Positions 38,605 through 48,706 of a DNA stretch of 64,000 bases are shown one piece after another. Position 1 is the stretch's first letter; each line of letters begins with the position of its first letter. Under the pieces are notes generated by a model. The model made no database searches, was not told the DNA's origin, and saw only the letters and a list, made by a program, of their open reading frames with translations. Position numbers and translations under genes: made by a program. Source of the stretch: a virus; IMG/VR virus record IMGVR_UViG_3300027805_000012, positions 4,421 through 68,420 of that record, one strand, 5' to 3'.

Positions 38605-40128
38605 GTGCGTAACTTTTTCATGAAAATCTCAATTATTTTCATTTGTGTTGTTCTATCTGCGTGTGGTGGGGGTGGAGGTACCACGCCCATTGATTCCGCC
38701 CCGCAAAAAACAAAGCAGGCAGTCAAGCTTAAGGCAATCAGCATCACCAAGAACGATCTGCTAGTTCAGACTAAACCGCAGAAACAGACAGTTTCTAGTT
38801 TGTTCAAGCAGTTTATTCAGCTCAATCTGCCAGTGTCTACGGCATTTGCTGCAACGTCCAGTATTCTGCCAGGTGAAAACTTCGGGTTCACCAACAAGTT
38901 CGTAGATGGAAAGCTTGTTGGCCTAGACATCTCTCTTGCTACGCTAGATGGCGCGCCCCTTCAGTGCAGTGACCAAACTGCAGAAGCAAGGATTCACAAG
39001 GTTTGGAAAGTTGGCTCCGATGTTGACCACCTTCTTGTCAACATGACGCTACCTTCTGTTATCAATGAAGACTGTACCGTGCAGTATACTGATAGGCCTG
39101 TAACCTATGTGGTGTATCCTAATGGTTCTGCTGCAGATACTGCAGTCAGCGGAGATGAAATTGTTTACGTTATTGAACCCGGTGATCAGGCTGCCAATAC
39201 TAGCTCTAAGGCCCTTTTGATCTATTCTTCCGGTAAAATTAGGACTCTTCGGATCACCGCAACTCAGAACGTTCAGGTGGCAGATCTAACAACGTCAAAT
39301 TTGCCCCTGCGAATCGTCAACCCCTATACTGTCAACAACCCAACCGCAAAGGAGATCTTTGAGAGGGAACGTGCTCTGCTCGCGAATGTTGGAAAGGTTT
39401 CCTTCAACGGCAGATATCTTGTTGGAATTGCACAAGACCGAAAAGACGTGGTACTTGTATTTGACAGCACTACAGCAGATGCGTTCTTTATCGTGCTGAA
39501 GCCCACTGACTACGCATTTAACTATCCTGGTGCTGCTGTGTTTATCAATGCAGAGGGGCAGTTCATCTGGAATGATGGCCGGGGTGAAAATATGCGAGTG
39601 CTTGATATCCCTAACAAGACCTACAGTATTTGGCAGCCCACAAAAAATGCCAGCGCTTCTTATCAAACGGTTGGCGAAATGTATGGAAACCGTGGTAGGT
39701 TCGAAAAGTGGTTGCTGTCTGATCGGTGCAAGCTGTGGAACTACGAGACTGGAGAATTTCAGATCGCCTCTATTGGACTTGAACGTAATGTTACCCCCCA
39801 CGAATCTGTAGTTTGGTCAGGCTCAAGCCATGCTCGACTTGTTGGCAACCTTGCAGTTTGCGCCAGCGCGATTGGTAATATCTTTGCCCGTGTAGACGTC
39901 GCAACTGGGCAGACCGTCGCATTTAACACGGATCAACTTGGGCTTTATTTCAGTGCGGCCCGAACCTTCCACGTTACACAGAGCAAAGCTATGCTGATGG
40001 ACGCTGTTGATGGAAGTGGCAATGCACGCATGATTGAGCTTAACTTTGAGACGGCGCAGGTAATTGATCACGGGGTAATTAAGGCTGATGACCGCCAAGT
40101 TGTAGACTTGGTTCCAATTGGATCCTGA
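38605..40128 (+). CDS. Large lipoprotein, beta-rich
   Basis: Lipobox 'VLSA-C' followed by a GGGGG linker. Confidence 0.8.
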   Translation: MRNFFMKISIIFICVVLSACGGGGGTTPIDSAPQKTKQAVKLKAISITKNDLLVQTKPQKQTVSSLFKQFIQLNLPVSTAFAATSSILPGENFGFTNKFVDGKLVGLDISLATLDGAPLQCSDQTAEARIHKVWKVGSDVDHLLVNMTLPSVINEDCTVQYTDRPVTYVVYPNGSAADTAVSGDEIVYVIEPGDQAANTSSKALLIYSSGKIRTLRITATQNVQVADLTTSNLPLRIVNPYTVNNPTAKEIFERERALLANVGKVSFNGRYLVGIAQDRKDVVLVFDSTTADAFFIVLKPTDYAFNYPGAAVFINAEGQFIWNDGRGENMRVLDIPNKTYSIWQPTKNASASYQTVGEMYGNRGRFEKWLLSDRCKLWNYETGEFQIASIGLERNVTPHESVVWSGSSHARLVGNLAVCASAIGNIFARVDVATGQTVAFNTDQLGLYFSAARTFHVTQSKAMLMDAVDGSGNARMIELNFETAQVIDHGVIKADDRQVVDLVPIGS

Positions 40129-40192
40129 AAGAGGTTAGCTTATTGAAGCTGGCCGCTGCAAAGTAAATATCTTAACTAACTGGGAGTTAAAG

Positions 40193-41113
40193 ATGAGGTC
40201 TGACTTCAATAAGATTCTTGTTGAGCGCGAGCGTATCCGTCACGCCGACCACTATCACAACTACCGCCACATGAAGGGCCCCAAGGGGCTAGACGACGAG
40301 GAGGTTGGCGGTCGTGAGGGCATGCGGAAGCGCTTCAACTTCGGCTACGACCGCAAGCAGTTCAATGAGAATCTTAATCCTCTCTGGGGATGGCTTCGCT
40401 CTTGCGTTGGTAAGAAGTGGGACAAGTGCTACAGCGAGCTCTGCAGGACGTTTGACATGCGTGGTGTCATTAATGCCCACATCCTGCAGCACCTCTACCA
40501 GAAGCTTGAGACCGACACCTTTCTCGATGAGAAGGGTCGGGTGATGACCGTGAGTGGTGGCTACAGCGGCAGCGGCGCTATTCCCATCAAGGAAAGCTAC
40601 AAGGACTACTACGTCTGCCCGAAGGACGGCACCGTCAAGAAGACCAACAAGCCGCCGCGCCGCTCAGTCATCAAGCAACGCGAAGCTGAAAAGAAGGCTA
40701 AGGAGCTGGCGGTCAAGCGCGTCCTCAATGACAAGGAAGTCCTGCACCTGATCGACGGTGTCTGGTATCACTTTGACCTGCTGCCGGTGCCTGATGCCCG
40801 TGTCGTCTACGACCGTCCTCGGAGTCCTGAAACCTTTCGTATCGGCTACCACTTCGGAAAGGGGCCGGACAACCGACTTGAAAAGACCTGGGATGAGCTC
40901 AACCAGATGGAGCGTGAGCGCTTTGGTGTTCGGCGGGTCGTGGGCGGCACTGCGTATGATGAATTCACGGGTCACACTGTCTACCGTGACCAAAAGGGCG
41001 TTATCCGTTTGAACGACAACGTCTTCTTCCGGCGCGCTATGCCTGCTGATGTCTACCACGCCAACAAGAAGACGGCTTCCAAGAAGCACCTCAAGCAAGC
41101 TGGTCTGCTGTAA
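40193..41113 (+). CDS. Hypothetical basic protein
   Basis: 306-aa ORF with GGGAG Shine-Dalgarno. Confidence 0.8.
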   Translation: MRSDFNKILVERERIRHADHYHNYRHMKGPKGLDDEEVGGREGMRKRFNFGYDRKQFNENLNPLWGWLRSCVGKKWDKCYSELCRTFDMRGVINAHILQHLYQKLETDTFLDEKGRVMTVSGGYSGSGAIPIKESYKDYYVCPKDGTVKKTNKPPRRSVIKQREAEKKAKELAVKRVLNDKEVLHLIDGVWYHFDLLPVPDARVVYDRPRSPETFRIGYHFGKGPDNRLEKTWDELNQMERERFGVRRVVGGTAYDEFTGHTVYRDQKGVIRLNDNVFFRRAMPADVYHANKKTASKKHLKQAGLL

Positions 41114-41607
41114 TGTCAACCTTCAATTCCAGTGCGCTGGTTTCGCCACTTCAACAGGATTTACAGGCAAGTATCCTTAGCATTGCTAAACAAAGTCATC
41201 TCAATGTAAAGGTTCGTGTTGACCAACCGCAGATGAGCTACTTTACGATGTATGAAGAGCAGCTTGTTAGGTTTGATATCGATGATGTTGCGCCTGATGG
41301 AATTCTTGCACCAAAGAAAGCTAGATTTGTTATCTTTTTCAATAGGTTAGTTACTACTCTACAGGAGATTGGTCAAACTCTCAACTTCAAAGTTGAACTA
41401 GCTTCTAGGGACGGCTCGCGGCGAATTTATCGTTTGACAGATGATCCACTTACAGGAGTAGAGGTATTTGCTGAATACCAAAAATCTCTTGAACTTCAGC
41501 GCCAGCACCAATCTTCGGTAATATTGAGACTGATTGCGGCACACAGCGACTTCCTTGCACCTTCTGCGCACGCAATTAATAAGTACAAAAAATCTGACTT
41601 CATCTAG
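41113..41607 (+). CDS. Hypothetical protein
   Basis: 164-aa coupled ORF. Confidence 0.65.
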   Translation: MSTFNSSALVSPLQQDLQASILSIAKQSHLNVKVRVDQPQMSYFTMYEEQLVRFDIDDVAPDGILAPKKARFVIFFNRLVTTLQEIGQTLNFKVELASRDGSRRIYRLTDDPLTGVEVFAEYQKSLELQRQHQSSVILRLIAAHSDFLAPSAHAINKYKKSDFI

Positions 41608-41641
41608 ATGCCATAAATAGCTCATACCACGGAGCTATTTA

Positions 41642-42505
41642 ATGCGCATCTCGGAGCTTTTACAAGAAGCAGAGCACGTCTCGTTCAATCTCAAGGATCT
41701 CGTGCCTGAGTTTAGGGCGCTTGCCAAGAAGTTCCAGCTGACCCTCAACATGGGGATGGGCTATCCTGCCATCAACAAGGATGGAATCTGGTTTGCTGCA
41801 TCTCTTACCCCGTTGAAGGGTATCAGCGATGAAGACGCGGTGCTGTCAATTGGCAAGCGACGCATTGGTTTTCTACATGCACTTGCTAAGCGACTTGAAG
41901 CTCTGATGGCTGAAGGGCGCACCGTCAAGGTGGCAAAAGGCATCTCGCGGTCAAGCAATGCCCAGATTGCAGAGCCAGGACAGGTCAAAGATCTTTTGAT
42001 CCAGTCAATGGTAGCTGTCCACAATCCTGGACTTCGCCTTGCTGCTGCTGATCACCAACCTTCTGTATCTTGGTTTGTGAGCAACCCAGTTGGTGCTGTT
42101 AGCGTTCCATTTGTCAGACTGATGGTGTATCTAGCTGACCCTATGATTGGGTTATTTGGCGAGTACGTCGCTTTCCAGTTGCCAGATGACGAACAGCTCC
42201 AAAAGAAGTTTATGAGTTGGGCAAAGAAGGTCGGCGAGAAGCGAAAGTGGGTCGGTGGCCAATATAAAACAGCGCCAGAATATCGACAGCTCGCAGCCGA
42301 TCTTGTCATGAAGATGCAGGAACTCGGCGGCAACTACACCAAGAATCAGCAACAAAGAGGAGCAAGGAACATCACTCGTGAAGAGGCAATTAGGATGAGT
42401 CCTCACCTTGAGTTTAAGAAGGTCCATTCTATTGGTCGCGATCAATCTTTGGTTGAACTTGAACCCCTTCTACCAGTGTTTAGAAAACATGGCTTACAGG
42501 TTTAA
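41642..42505 (+). CDS. Hypothetical late protein with capsid-targeting-like N-terminus
   Basis: MRISELLQEAE; CATAAATA at 41612. Confidence 0.75.
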   Translation: MRISELLQEAEHVSFNLKDLVPEFRALAKKFQLTLNMGMGYPAINKDGIWFAASLTPLKGISDEDAVLSIGKRRIGFLHALAKRLEALMAEGRTVKVAKGISRSSNAQIAEPGQVKDLLIQSMVAVHNPGLRLAAADHQPSVSWFVSNPVGAVSVPFVRLMVYLADPMIGLFGEYVAFQLPDDEQLQKKFMSWAKKVGEKRKWVGGQYKTAPEYRQLAADLVMKMQELGGNYTKNQQQRGARNITREEAIRMSPHLEFKKVHSIGRDQSLVELEPLLPVFRKHGLQV

Positions 42506-42524
42506 CTAATAAAGGCACAAGAGT

Positions 42525-43037
42525 ATGAACGTTCACGAGCTATTTGAATCAAGTTCCTTACCTGAATGGGTTAAGTCTGAGAACTCTCAATTTGCACAAT
42601 TGGCAGATAAGTTTGGACTTAAGCATACCAAAAAACCAAAGATGGCTGATGGTATTTGGAGCTTTGGCGGTGAGCTTAAGGACGTTGCATCTTCTACTTT
42701 ATTGATTAGCTTGGATAAGCGAGTTGCTGGTCTGCAGAAGGCGGTAGCAAAGTACCTGTTTGACTTGAAGGAAGAGGGTAGAGAGGTCTCGACGTTTGAT
42801 ACCTCTTGGTATGGACCCAAGTTCTTTGGGCACCAGCGAACTGATACCCGACCATTTCTGCCTGATGACGCCCTTTCCTACTTTGAACAGAGAGTAAAGG
42901 ATAAGCTCTTTATCAATACTATTTCTAGTGGTGGCTACAGCATCATCTTTAGGTATTCAGTTTCTGAGCCTAAACCAAAGGAAGAGCCAAAGCCAGTTGA
43001 ACGCAAGGTCTATCGAGTGGTAAACAGTACCAAGTGA
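42525..43037 (+). CDS. Hypothetical protein, paralogous module to the upstream gene
   Basis: MNVHELFESS; 'KFGL...DGIWSF' resembles 'KFQL...DGIWFA' in the gene at 41642. Confidence 0.7.
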   Translation: MNVHELFESSSLPEWVKSENSQFAQLADKFGLKHTKKPKMADGIWSFGGELKDVASSTLLISLDKRVAGLQKAVAKYLFDLKEEGREVSTFDTSWYGPKFFGHQRTDTRPFLPDDALSYFEQRVKDKLFINTISSGGYSIIFRYSVSEPKPKEEPKPVERKVYRVVNSTK

Positions 43038-43604
43038 AGGCCAAAGAACTTACCGTACAAACGAAGCAACGCAAGTCTCCAGAGGAACTAGAAGCGCTGA
43101 AAGCTGCTCCTGATTACTGGAAGAAGGAAGTACGCAACGAGTTCAACACTATTATCAAACGCTTTGGTGCAACTTCTACAGAATCTGCAGGGGCTTCAAA
43201 TGATGTCAATAAGCTGTCATTTGATAGAAACATAGTGGTGCCGACAACAGATGAAAATAACATAACGCTGAGCCGTGATAAGCGCGCACGAGCATTGCTT
43301 CACGCGATTGCTTCACGCGATTGCTAAATGGCTGTTGCAAAAGACGAAAGATGGATATGAGGTTGATCTTGGTTGGTGGGCCACAAGCAGACGGCTAGGA
43401 TGGTACCCGGGGAAAAATATTAGCTCTACCAAAATCAGTGCATCTGATACGGTTGAGGACGTTTTTCAGCATCTGCTGGAAGCAACACGTATGGACAGCA
43501 CAATCTCCTGGCTTATGACTCTAGGCGAAAGGGGTGAAAAGATGCCATTAAAAATAGACCTGATAATTGGCATTATCAAGCCTGCATCTCAACAGAATAA
43601 ATAG
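43034..43604 (+). pseudogene. Gene frameshifted by a 13-bp tandem duplication
   Basis: TTGCTTCACGCGA occurs twice (43295-43320); removing one copy gives a single 185-aa ORF. Confidence 0.8.
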
Positions 43605-43698
43605 CTGACCAACACAATTGGAGTTACCCTTCATCAACCGATGTAGGGTGTTTAGGCCTCTACTCCTTGGGTCGTGATAGTGGTGGTAGGAGAAATGC

Positions 43699-44523
43699 GT
43701 GATGTATAGCGAAAAGTTTGTCGTCGCCGTCAAACACAATGGCCACGTTCTACGCGAGCAAGGCGAAACGGTCGTAGTCCCATTCGGATCGGAATATACC
43801 CTCTTTTTCAAAAACCTCAACTCAGTCCGAGCACTTGTTCGCGTCAACATTGACGGGAAGGATGCTACCAAGGGCACTAGCCTGATTGTTCCACCAAACG
43901 AATCTGTTGAACTAGAGCGTTTTCTCGATGCTAATCAGATGGACAGGGGGCACAAGTTCAAGTTCATTGAGCGTACCAAGAAGATTGAGGATGGTCCCCG
44001 AGGAGTTGGCGTAGAGGATGGTCTCATCCGAGTAGAGTTTGAGTTTGAGAAACAACCGCCCAAGGTCGAGTATGAGACCATCAAGCGCACCTATGTTGAA
44101 GACTACTGGAATAACAACTACCCCCGCCAATGGTCTGGTCCGCTCTGGACAACAACCTCAGTGACTTATGGCACAAACGGGCCTGAAGAGGTTTTGCTCT
44201 GCACGGCATCCATCAAGTCCTCTGCCTTTAGAAATCTTAAGGGCGCCGAGGATGCAGTTACGGCTCAAGCCGCCACTACTAATGATATCGGTATCACCGT
44301 ACCTGGCAGTATCAGTGAGCAAAAGTTTGAGGTCAGTGCTTGGTTCCCCACTGACGGACAGAAACATGTGATGGTCCTTAAGTTACTTGGTCAGGTTGGG
44401 GGAACTAAGGTAGAGAAGCCAGTCACAGTCAAGACCAAGACTGAGTGTCAAACCTGCGGCACCAAGAACAAGTTCGGTACCAAGTTCTGCAAAGAGTGCG
44501 GGACGTCGCTTTTACTAGTCTGA
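43699..44523 (+). CDS. Hypothetical protein with C-terminal double zinc ribbon
   Basis: 'CQTCGTKN...KFCKECG'. Confidence 0.8.
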   Translation: MMYSEKFVVAVKHNGHVLREQGETVVVPFGSEYTLFFKNLNSVRALVRVNIDGKDATKGTSLIVPPNESVELERFLDANQMDRGHKFKFIERTKKIEDGPRGVGVEDGLIRVEFEFEKQPPKVEYETIKRTYVEDYWNNNYPRQWSGPLWTTTSVTYGTNGPEEVLLCTASIKSSAFRNLKGAEDAVTAQAATTNDIGITVPGSISEQKFEVSAWFPTDGQKHVMVLKLLGQVGGTKVEKPVTVKTKTECQTCGTKNKFGTKFCKECGTSLLLV

Positions 44524-44695
44524 CAGAACAACTTGTTACTGCTGTTGCATAATGGCAGTGTGCTTCTAACTTTAAATTCTACTAGAGTGTGCTTTATGCA
44601 CTCTAGTAGATGTTTATCAATACACTTTGCAATTAGGGAAACACGTCAGAAACACAAAAAGCAGCGCTGGTATCTTTTTCAGTGTATAATTAACT

Positions 44696-45328
44696 ATGAA
44701 CCGTACAAAGTATCCTCGCACCCCTCATCTTCCCTGGAGTCGTGGCGCAACTGACGATGATAAAGTTTTAAAGTCAGTTGCTCACTTTAAGGGCAGACGA
44801 GTAGTTGTATCCAAGAAGATGGATGGAGAATCGACAACCATTTATCATGACGGATACCTACATGCCAGGTCGCTTGACAGCCGTGGTGGCATTGATCGTG
44901 ATTGGGTCACCGCATTTGCAAAAACATGGTGCTTCAATCTGCCAGCAGGCTGGCGAGTGTGCGGAGAAAATTTGTGGGCCCGACACTCTATTGCCTACGA
45001 TGATCTGCCCTCCTACTTCATGGGCTTCAGCATCTGGAATGAGCGCAATGAGTGCCTCAACTGGGAGGACACCAAGGAGTGGTTCGAGATTCTTGGTATC
45101 AAACGTGTGCCAATCCTTGATGATAGCCTATTTGACGTCGACCATCTGCAGCATCTTGCATCTAGGTTAGACCTCGATAAAGACGAGGGATATGTTGTGC
45201 GGCTGGCCGATGACTTCAAGTATGAGGACTTCGGTACATCTGTTGCCAAGTTTGTAAGGGAAGGTCATGTCACAACAGACACCCATTGGCGGCATCAGCA
45301 GCTAATACAAAATGGGTTGAAGAAGTGA
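44696..45328 (+). CDS. RNA ligase family protein (nucleotidyltransferase domain only)
   Basis: 'KYPRTPHLPWS', motif I 'KMDGE', 'CGENL', 'EGYVVR', 'AKFVR'. Confidence 0.88.
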   Translation: MNRTKYPRTPHLPWSRGATDDDKVLKSVAHFKGRRVVVSKKMDGESTTIYHDGYLHARSLDSRGGIDRDWVTAFAKTWCFNLPAGWRVCGENLWARHSIAYDDLPSYFMGFSIWNERNECLNWEDTKEWFEILGIKRVPILDDSLFDVDHLQHLASRLDLDKDEGYVVRLADDFKYEDFGTSVAKFVREGHVTTDTHWRHQQLIQNGLKK

Positions 45329-45861
45329 CACCGCGTCTTTTCGTCTACATCACTCGCCCTGAAGCATATGAGGTCTATATGGGTGGGAAGCGCCATCTTG
45401 ACCTGTGGCTACAGGAGCCCTACTATGACCATCGTCCAAAAGACAATGGAGATGGGAAGTATGTGGACATCGGGTGGACTGCCACTCACTGTCAACCCCA
45501 ACTGGCCAGGCACCTTCTCAATCAAGATGAAGGGCTTCTTGAGACCGTGATGGAGTTTGTCATCATGAGCCTCTATCCAAAAGGCATGGACCTCGATAAG
45601 GGCACCTACTGGGCAGATGCCTTCGATCATGAGGGTGATCAAGGATGGAGAATGCTCTTCAAGGATAGTGAGTGGGAAGGAAAGTGCAACACATGCTATA
45701 AGCGCTTCCTCCTCAAAGTTGATCTGCGAACCAACAAGGTTGAACAGGTTACTCCATACGTAGTCCTCAACGGTGCTCACTACACCAGTAATGATTGCGC
45801 GCCGGAACTAGCAACGCAGCGCTATCACGACCCGAGCAGTGTTGACGTTATTCCATTTTGA
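45325..45861 (+). CDS. Hypothetical protein
   Basis: GTGA-coupled 178-aa ORF. Confidence 0.65.
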   Translation: MTPRLFVYITRPEAYEVYMGGKRHLDLWLQEPYYDHRPKDNGDGKYVDIGWTATHCQPQLARHLLNQDEGLLETVMEFVIMSLYPKGMDLDKGTYWADAFDHEGDQGWRMLFKDSEWEGKCNTCYKRFLLKVDLRTNKVEQVTPYVVLNGAHYTSNDCAPELATQRYHDPSSVDVIPF

Positions 45862-45876
45862 CCTATAAATAAGGTC

Positions 45877-46404
45877 ATGCTGCTTGAAGAACTTACCACC
45901 AGCGACTTGAATCTCTTGGCAAAAGCACTTGCCATGCTCGGTAAAGATGATGCTTGGGGTAAGCTAGAAAAGCACGCCTATAACAGTAAAGCTCTTGAAG
46001 AGGCGGTGACCCTCTACAACTGGGCAATCAACTCCAACAACGCGAACTTTGGCGCTGAGTATGAAGCGCTTAGTCACCTGCTTGCCCTCAAGTCAATGGG
46101 TGGAACTTTATCTGCATGTCGAAGGCTACAAAAGTCGGGCTTTCTTGAACGTAACTTCGACGTTCATAACCTTTGGACTGAATCCATTGTAAAGAATCCT
46201 GCAAGATTCAAATCAGCAAGGCAAAATGCCATTCCATTTGTTAAAGCTGTGAGAACTCTGTTTTACAGCCTTAAGGTTCTCGGGGACGTTGCGACTCCTG
46301 GAACTAAGCGGAATGAAGCCAATGACGGCCTTGCTCGATCAGTTTCTAAAGCGGTGCTCAAGAAGCTGGGTATCAAAGGTGACAGTTTCTTCGTTAACGC
46401 TTGA
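45877..46404 (+). CDS. Hypothetical late protein
   Basis: MLLEELT; TATAAATA at 45864. Confidence 0.7.
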   Translation: MLLEELTTSDLNLLAKALAMLGKDDAWGKLEKHAYNSKALEEAVTLYNWAINSNNANFGAEYEALSHLLALKSMGGTLSACRRLQKSGFLERNFDVHNLWTESIVKNPARFKSARQNAIPFVKAVRTLFYSLKVLGDVATPGTKRNEANDGLARSVSKAVLKKLGIKGDSFFVNA

Positions 46405-46418
46405 CGCCATAAATATCA

Positions 46419-46799
46419 GTGAGGATTTTCACTGATACGATGCTCACCGAAACAAACCAGCGCTCCCCCAATAGGCTTTTCACTGGCACTTTGCCTGATG
46501 GAACGACTGCGACATTTTTAGTCCACTTCGTGGGTAAAGACGGCTCAAATATAAGGGGAGAATACGCGTCGCTGTGGCTTGGTAAGATGAAGAAAGCAGG
46601 TGAGCCAATGGTTGATGTGGCTCTTGCGGTGGCAGATGATGGAACAATCATTGCCGCAAACCTTGCAGCCCCAGAGGAAGCAGTAAATCATTCAAGAGGT
46701 TATCGCCGTGCATACGGCCCCAGCCTAAAGCCTATGTACAACTGGCGCGTGACTGACTACAAAGGAACCAAACTGGAAGGTTACCATGAAAATAGGTGA
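46419..46799 (+). CDS. Hypothetical protein
   Basis: 126-aa ORF; start uncertain. Confidence 0.55.
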   Translation: MRIFTDTMLTETNQRSPNRLFTGTLPDGTTATFLVHFVGKDGSNIRGEYASLWLGKMKKAGEPMVDVALAVADDGTIIAANLAAPEEAVNHSRGYRRAYGPSLKPMYNWRVTDYKGTKLEGYHENR

Positions 46800-47286
46800 A
46801 TTACTGGAGGGCCGCTGGGTGGCTAAGTCGCTTGACGGTAAGGTGCGTAGATTCAAAGATGAAGCAGATGCCGAATATTGGAGAAAGAATATCTCTACGC
46901 ATATCATTCCCGCTAAGGAACCCCAAGGCCTTGACCATTACTTTAAGGAACTTGATAGGATGGAGGCTGCCATCCGAACAAATAAGGAAGCAAACAAGCC
47001 CAAGCTCAGCGACATCTGGAATAAGTTTCAGCAGGCAGTAGGTGACAGCTTTCCCGACGGCGATCCGTTTGATCGCATCGGTCCTTGGATGAACCAGCAC
47101 AATCTGACCATTCACGACATTGATGCTGCCGTGAAGGAGTACAATGGCACCGACACTGCGCAAGAATACCTACGGCAGATGTGGGATGACTACTCTGCCG
47201 ATGCCGAGCATGATGCTATGATGGGTGCCCATGGCGAAACCTATGACGATGACCAGTGGTTCAACCGTCCTAACCCATGGAAGTGA
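46786..47286 (+). CDS. Hypothetical protein
   Basis: MKIGELLEG. Confidence 0.7.
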   Translation: MKIGELLEGRWVAKSLDGKVRRFKDEADAEYWRKNISTHIIPAKEPQGLDHYFKELDRMEAAIRTNKEANKPKLSDIWNKFQQAVGDSFPDGDPFDRIGPWMNQHNLTIHDIDAAVKEYNGTDTAQEYLRQMWDDYSADAEHDAMMGAHGETYDDDQWFNRPNPWK

Positions 47287-47287
47287 T

Positions 47288-47950
47288 ATGAAGCTAAACC
47301 AATTAGGATTAACAAAGACTGGTCAGGTAGCAACTAAAAAATTAACTCATCAGGTGCATAAGGCGACCGTTGCCGCGGCGATGGAACCTAAGCTCAAGCT
47401 GGGTGTTATCGGGATTGAAATTGGGCAGGAGCAGTCTACAGGTTTGACGTCTAGAGTCAATGAGGTAGCATCACCAGTTGAAGAGCTTATCAGGCTGGTC
47501 TATAAGCTTGCCAACATTCTCAAGTACGAGGAACACACGCACGCTGTCCTACCACCAGCCAGCAACCCTGAGCTGTGGAAGGCTGCTATTGCTATCGGGC
47601 GCCATTTTGACAAAGATGAGTCCACTCACGCGAATGCAGCTTGGTACATCATGCAGAACATGAAGCAAAACCTAAAGACCATGAGCTTTGATACTAGGTT
47701 TGCTGAGATGGTGGAGAAGCTAGAGAAGCTTGGCGTGATGTATGGTCCACTGTACCAGATGCACAAGAAGCTGGTAGAGTTTCAGCAAGCCATTGATCTC
47801 GCAGAGATTGAGACCTTCCAAGACGATCTAAAGGCAATACTCGACTTCTTTGACTGGGCGGTCATCAACTACAACGAATATGACTTCTTTGACAGCTTCC
47901 AGAAAAAGATGATCTTTGCGGTCTTCACGAAGTTAGCATTTCAAATATGA
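47288..47950 (+). CDS. Hypothetical protein
   Basis: 220-aa ORF from ATG at 47288. Confidence 0.7.
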   Translation: MKLNQLGLTKTGQVATKKLTHQVHKATVAAAMEPKLKLGVIGIEIGQEQSTGLTSRVNEVASPVEELIRLVYKLANILKYEEHTHAVLPPASNPELWKAAIAIGRHFDKDESTHANAAWYIMQNMKQNLKTMSFDTRFAEMVEKLEKLGVMYGPLYQMHKKLVEFQQAIDLAEIETFQDDLKAILDFFDWAVINYNEYDFFDSFQKKMIFAVFTKLAFQI

Positions 47951-48141
47951 ACCTCACCTTTAAACAATTTCTTCTGATTGAGGCCAAGTACAAAGGCAAC
48001 ATCGGTATGATGGAGATGGCTAAGTTCTTCCAAGTTGCAACGCCCGAGGAGAAAGCCAAGCTGAAGAAGCTCATCGCTGATGGCAAACAGGAGGAAGCCT
48101 GGAAGTTTCTCCAACAGGTGACTAAGATGGAGCTGGAGTAA
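47947..48141 (+). CDS. Small protein with capsid-targeting-like N-terminus
   Basis: MNLTFKQFLLIEAK. Confidence 0.7.
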   Translation: MNLTFKQFLLIEAKYKGNIGMMEMAKFFQVATPEEKAKLKKLIADGKQEEAWKFLQQVTKMELE

Positions 48142-48295
48142 GTGTAACAACCTGAATGCTGTTACACTTTAAAGTGTACAAATCTTCAAAACGTGGTATT
48201 ATAGCATCATCGACGCAGAAGCCTTACTGCTAGTCAACCTGGCTTCTTCTTCAAAAACATTGTACAAACTGGGAAATTAAGCTATAATAAGCTGA

Positions 48296-48475
48296 ATGCA
48301 AACGGAGTTGATTGAAGCCTTGAAACACCTCGACAAGGTCGCAAGGTCTCTTGGCATCAACAACATTTTTCAACCGGGATTAGCAAAGGAAGCATTTCTA
48401 GCAAATACACTTGGTCACACCCTTTTACCAAAAAAGCATGGACCAGACGCGATTACCCAAGATGGTCTGACCTGA
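48296..48475 (+). pseudogene. Truncated PvuII-like endonuclease N-terminal fragment (59 aa)
   Basis: LGINNIFQPGLAKEAFLANTLGHTLLPKKHGPDAITQDG resembles the recalled PvuII segment [39 protein letters not shown]; it stops before the E-x-K motif. Confidence 0.55.
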
Positions 48476-48553
48476 TTTTTATTGCACAAGAAATCTGACT
48501 TTCATATAAATAAATTCATCGAATAAACTCCTTCAAGGAACAAGTGTAAAATC

Positions 48554-48682
48554 ATGAACTCAATCGTCAATCGCACCAAAACCACGGAGATGTTCTGGCA
48601 ACAGCGCCAGAATAATTTCGTGCGCTTTAAGCGTCATGAGATTGATACCAAAACCCTGGTCTTCGGGGAGAGGAAAGCCTAA
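48554..48682 (+). CDS. Putative leader peptide (42 aa)
   Basis: MNSIVNRTKTTEMFWQQRQNNFVRFKRHEIDTKTLVFGERKA; weak Shine-Dalgarno. Confidence 0.5.
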   Translation: MNSIVNRTKTTEMFWQQRQNNFVRFKRHEIDTKTLVFGERKA

Positions 48683-48706
48683 AGCAAACCTCAAGTTCTA
48701 AGACCA

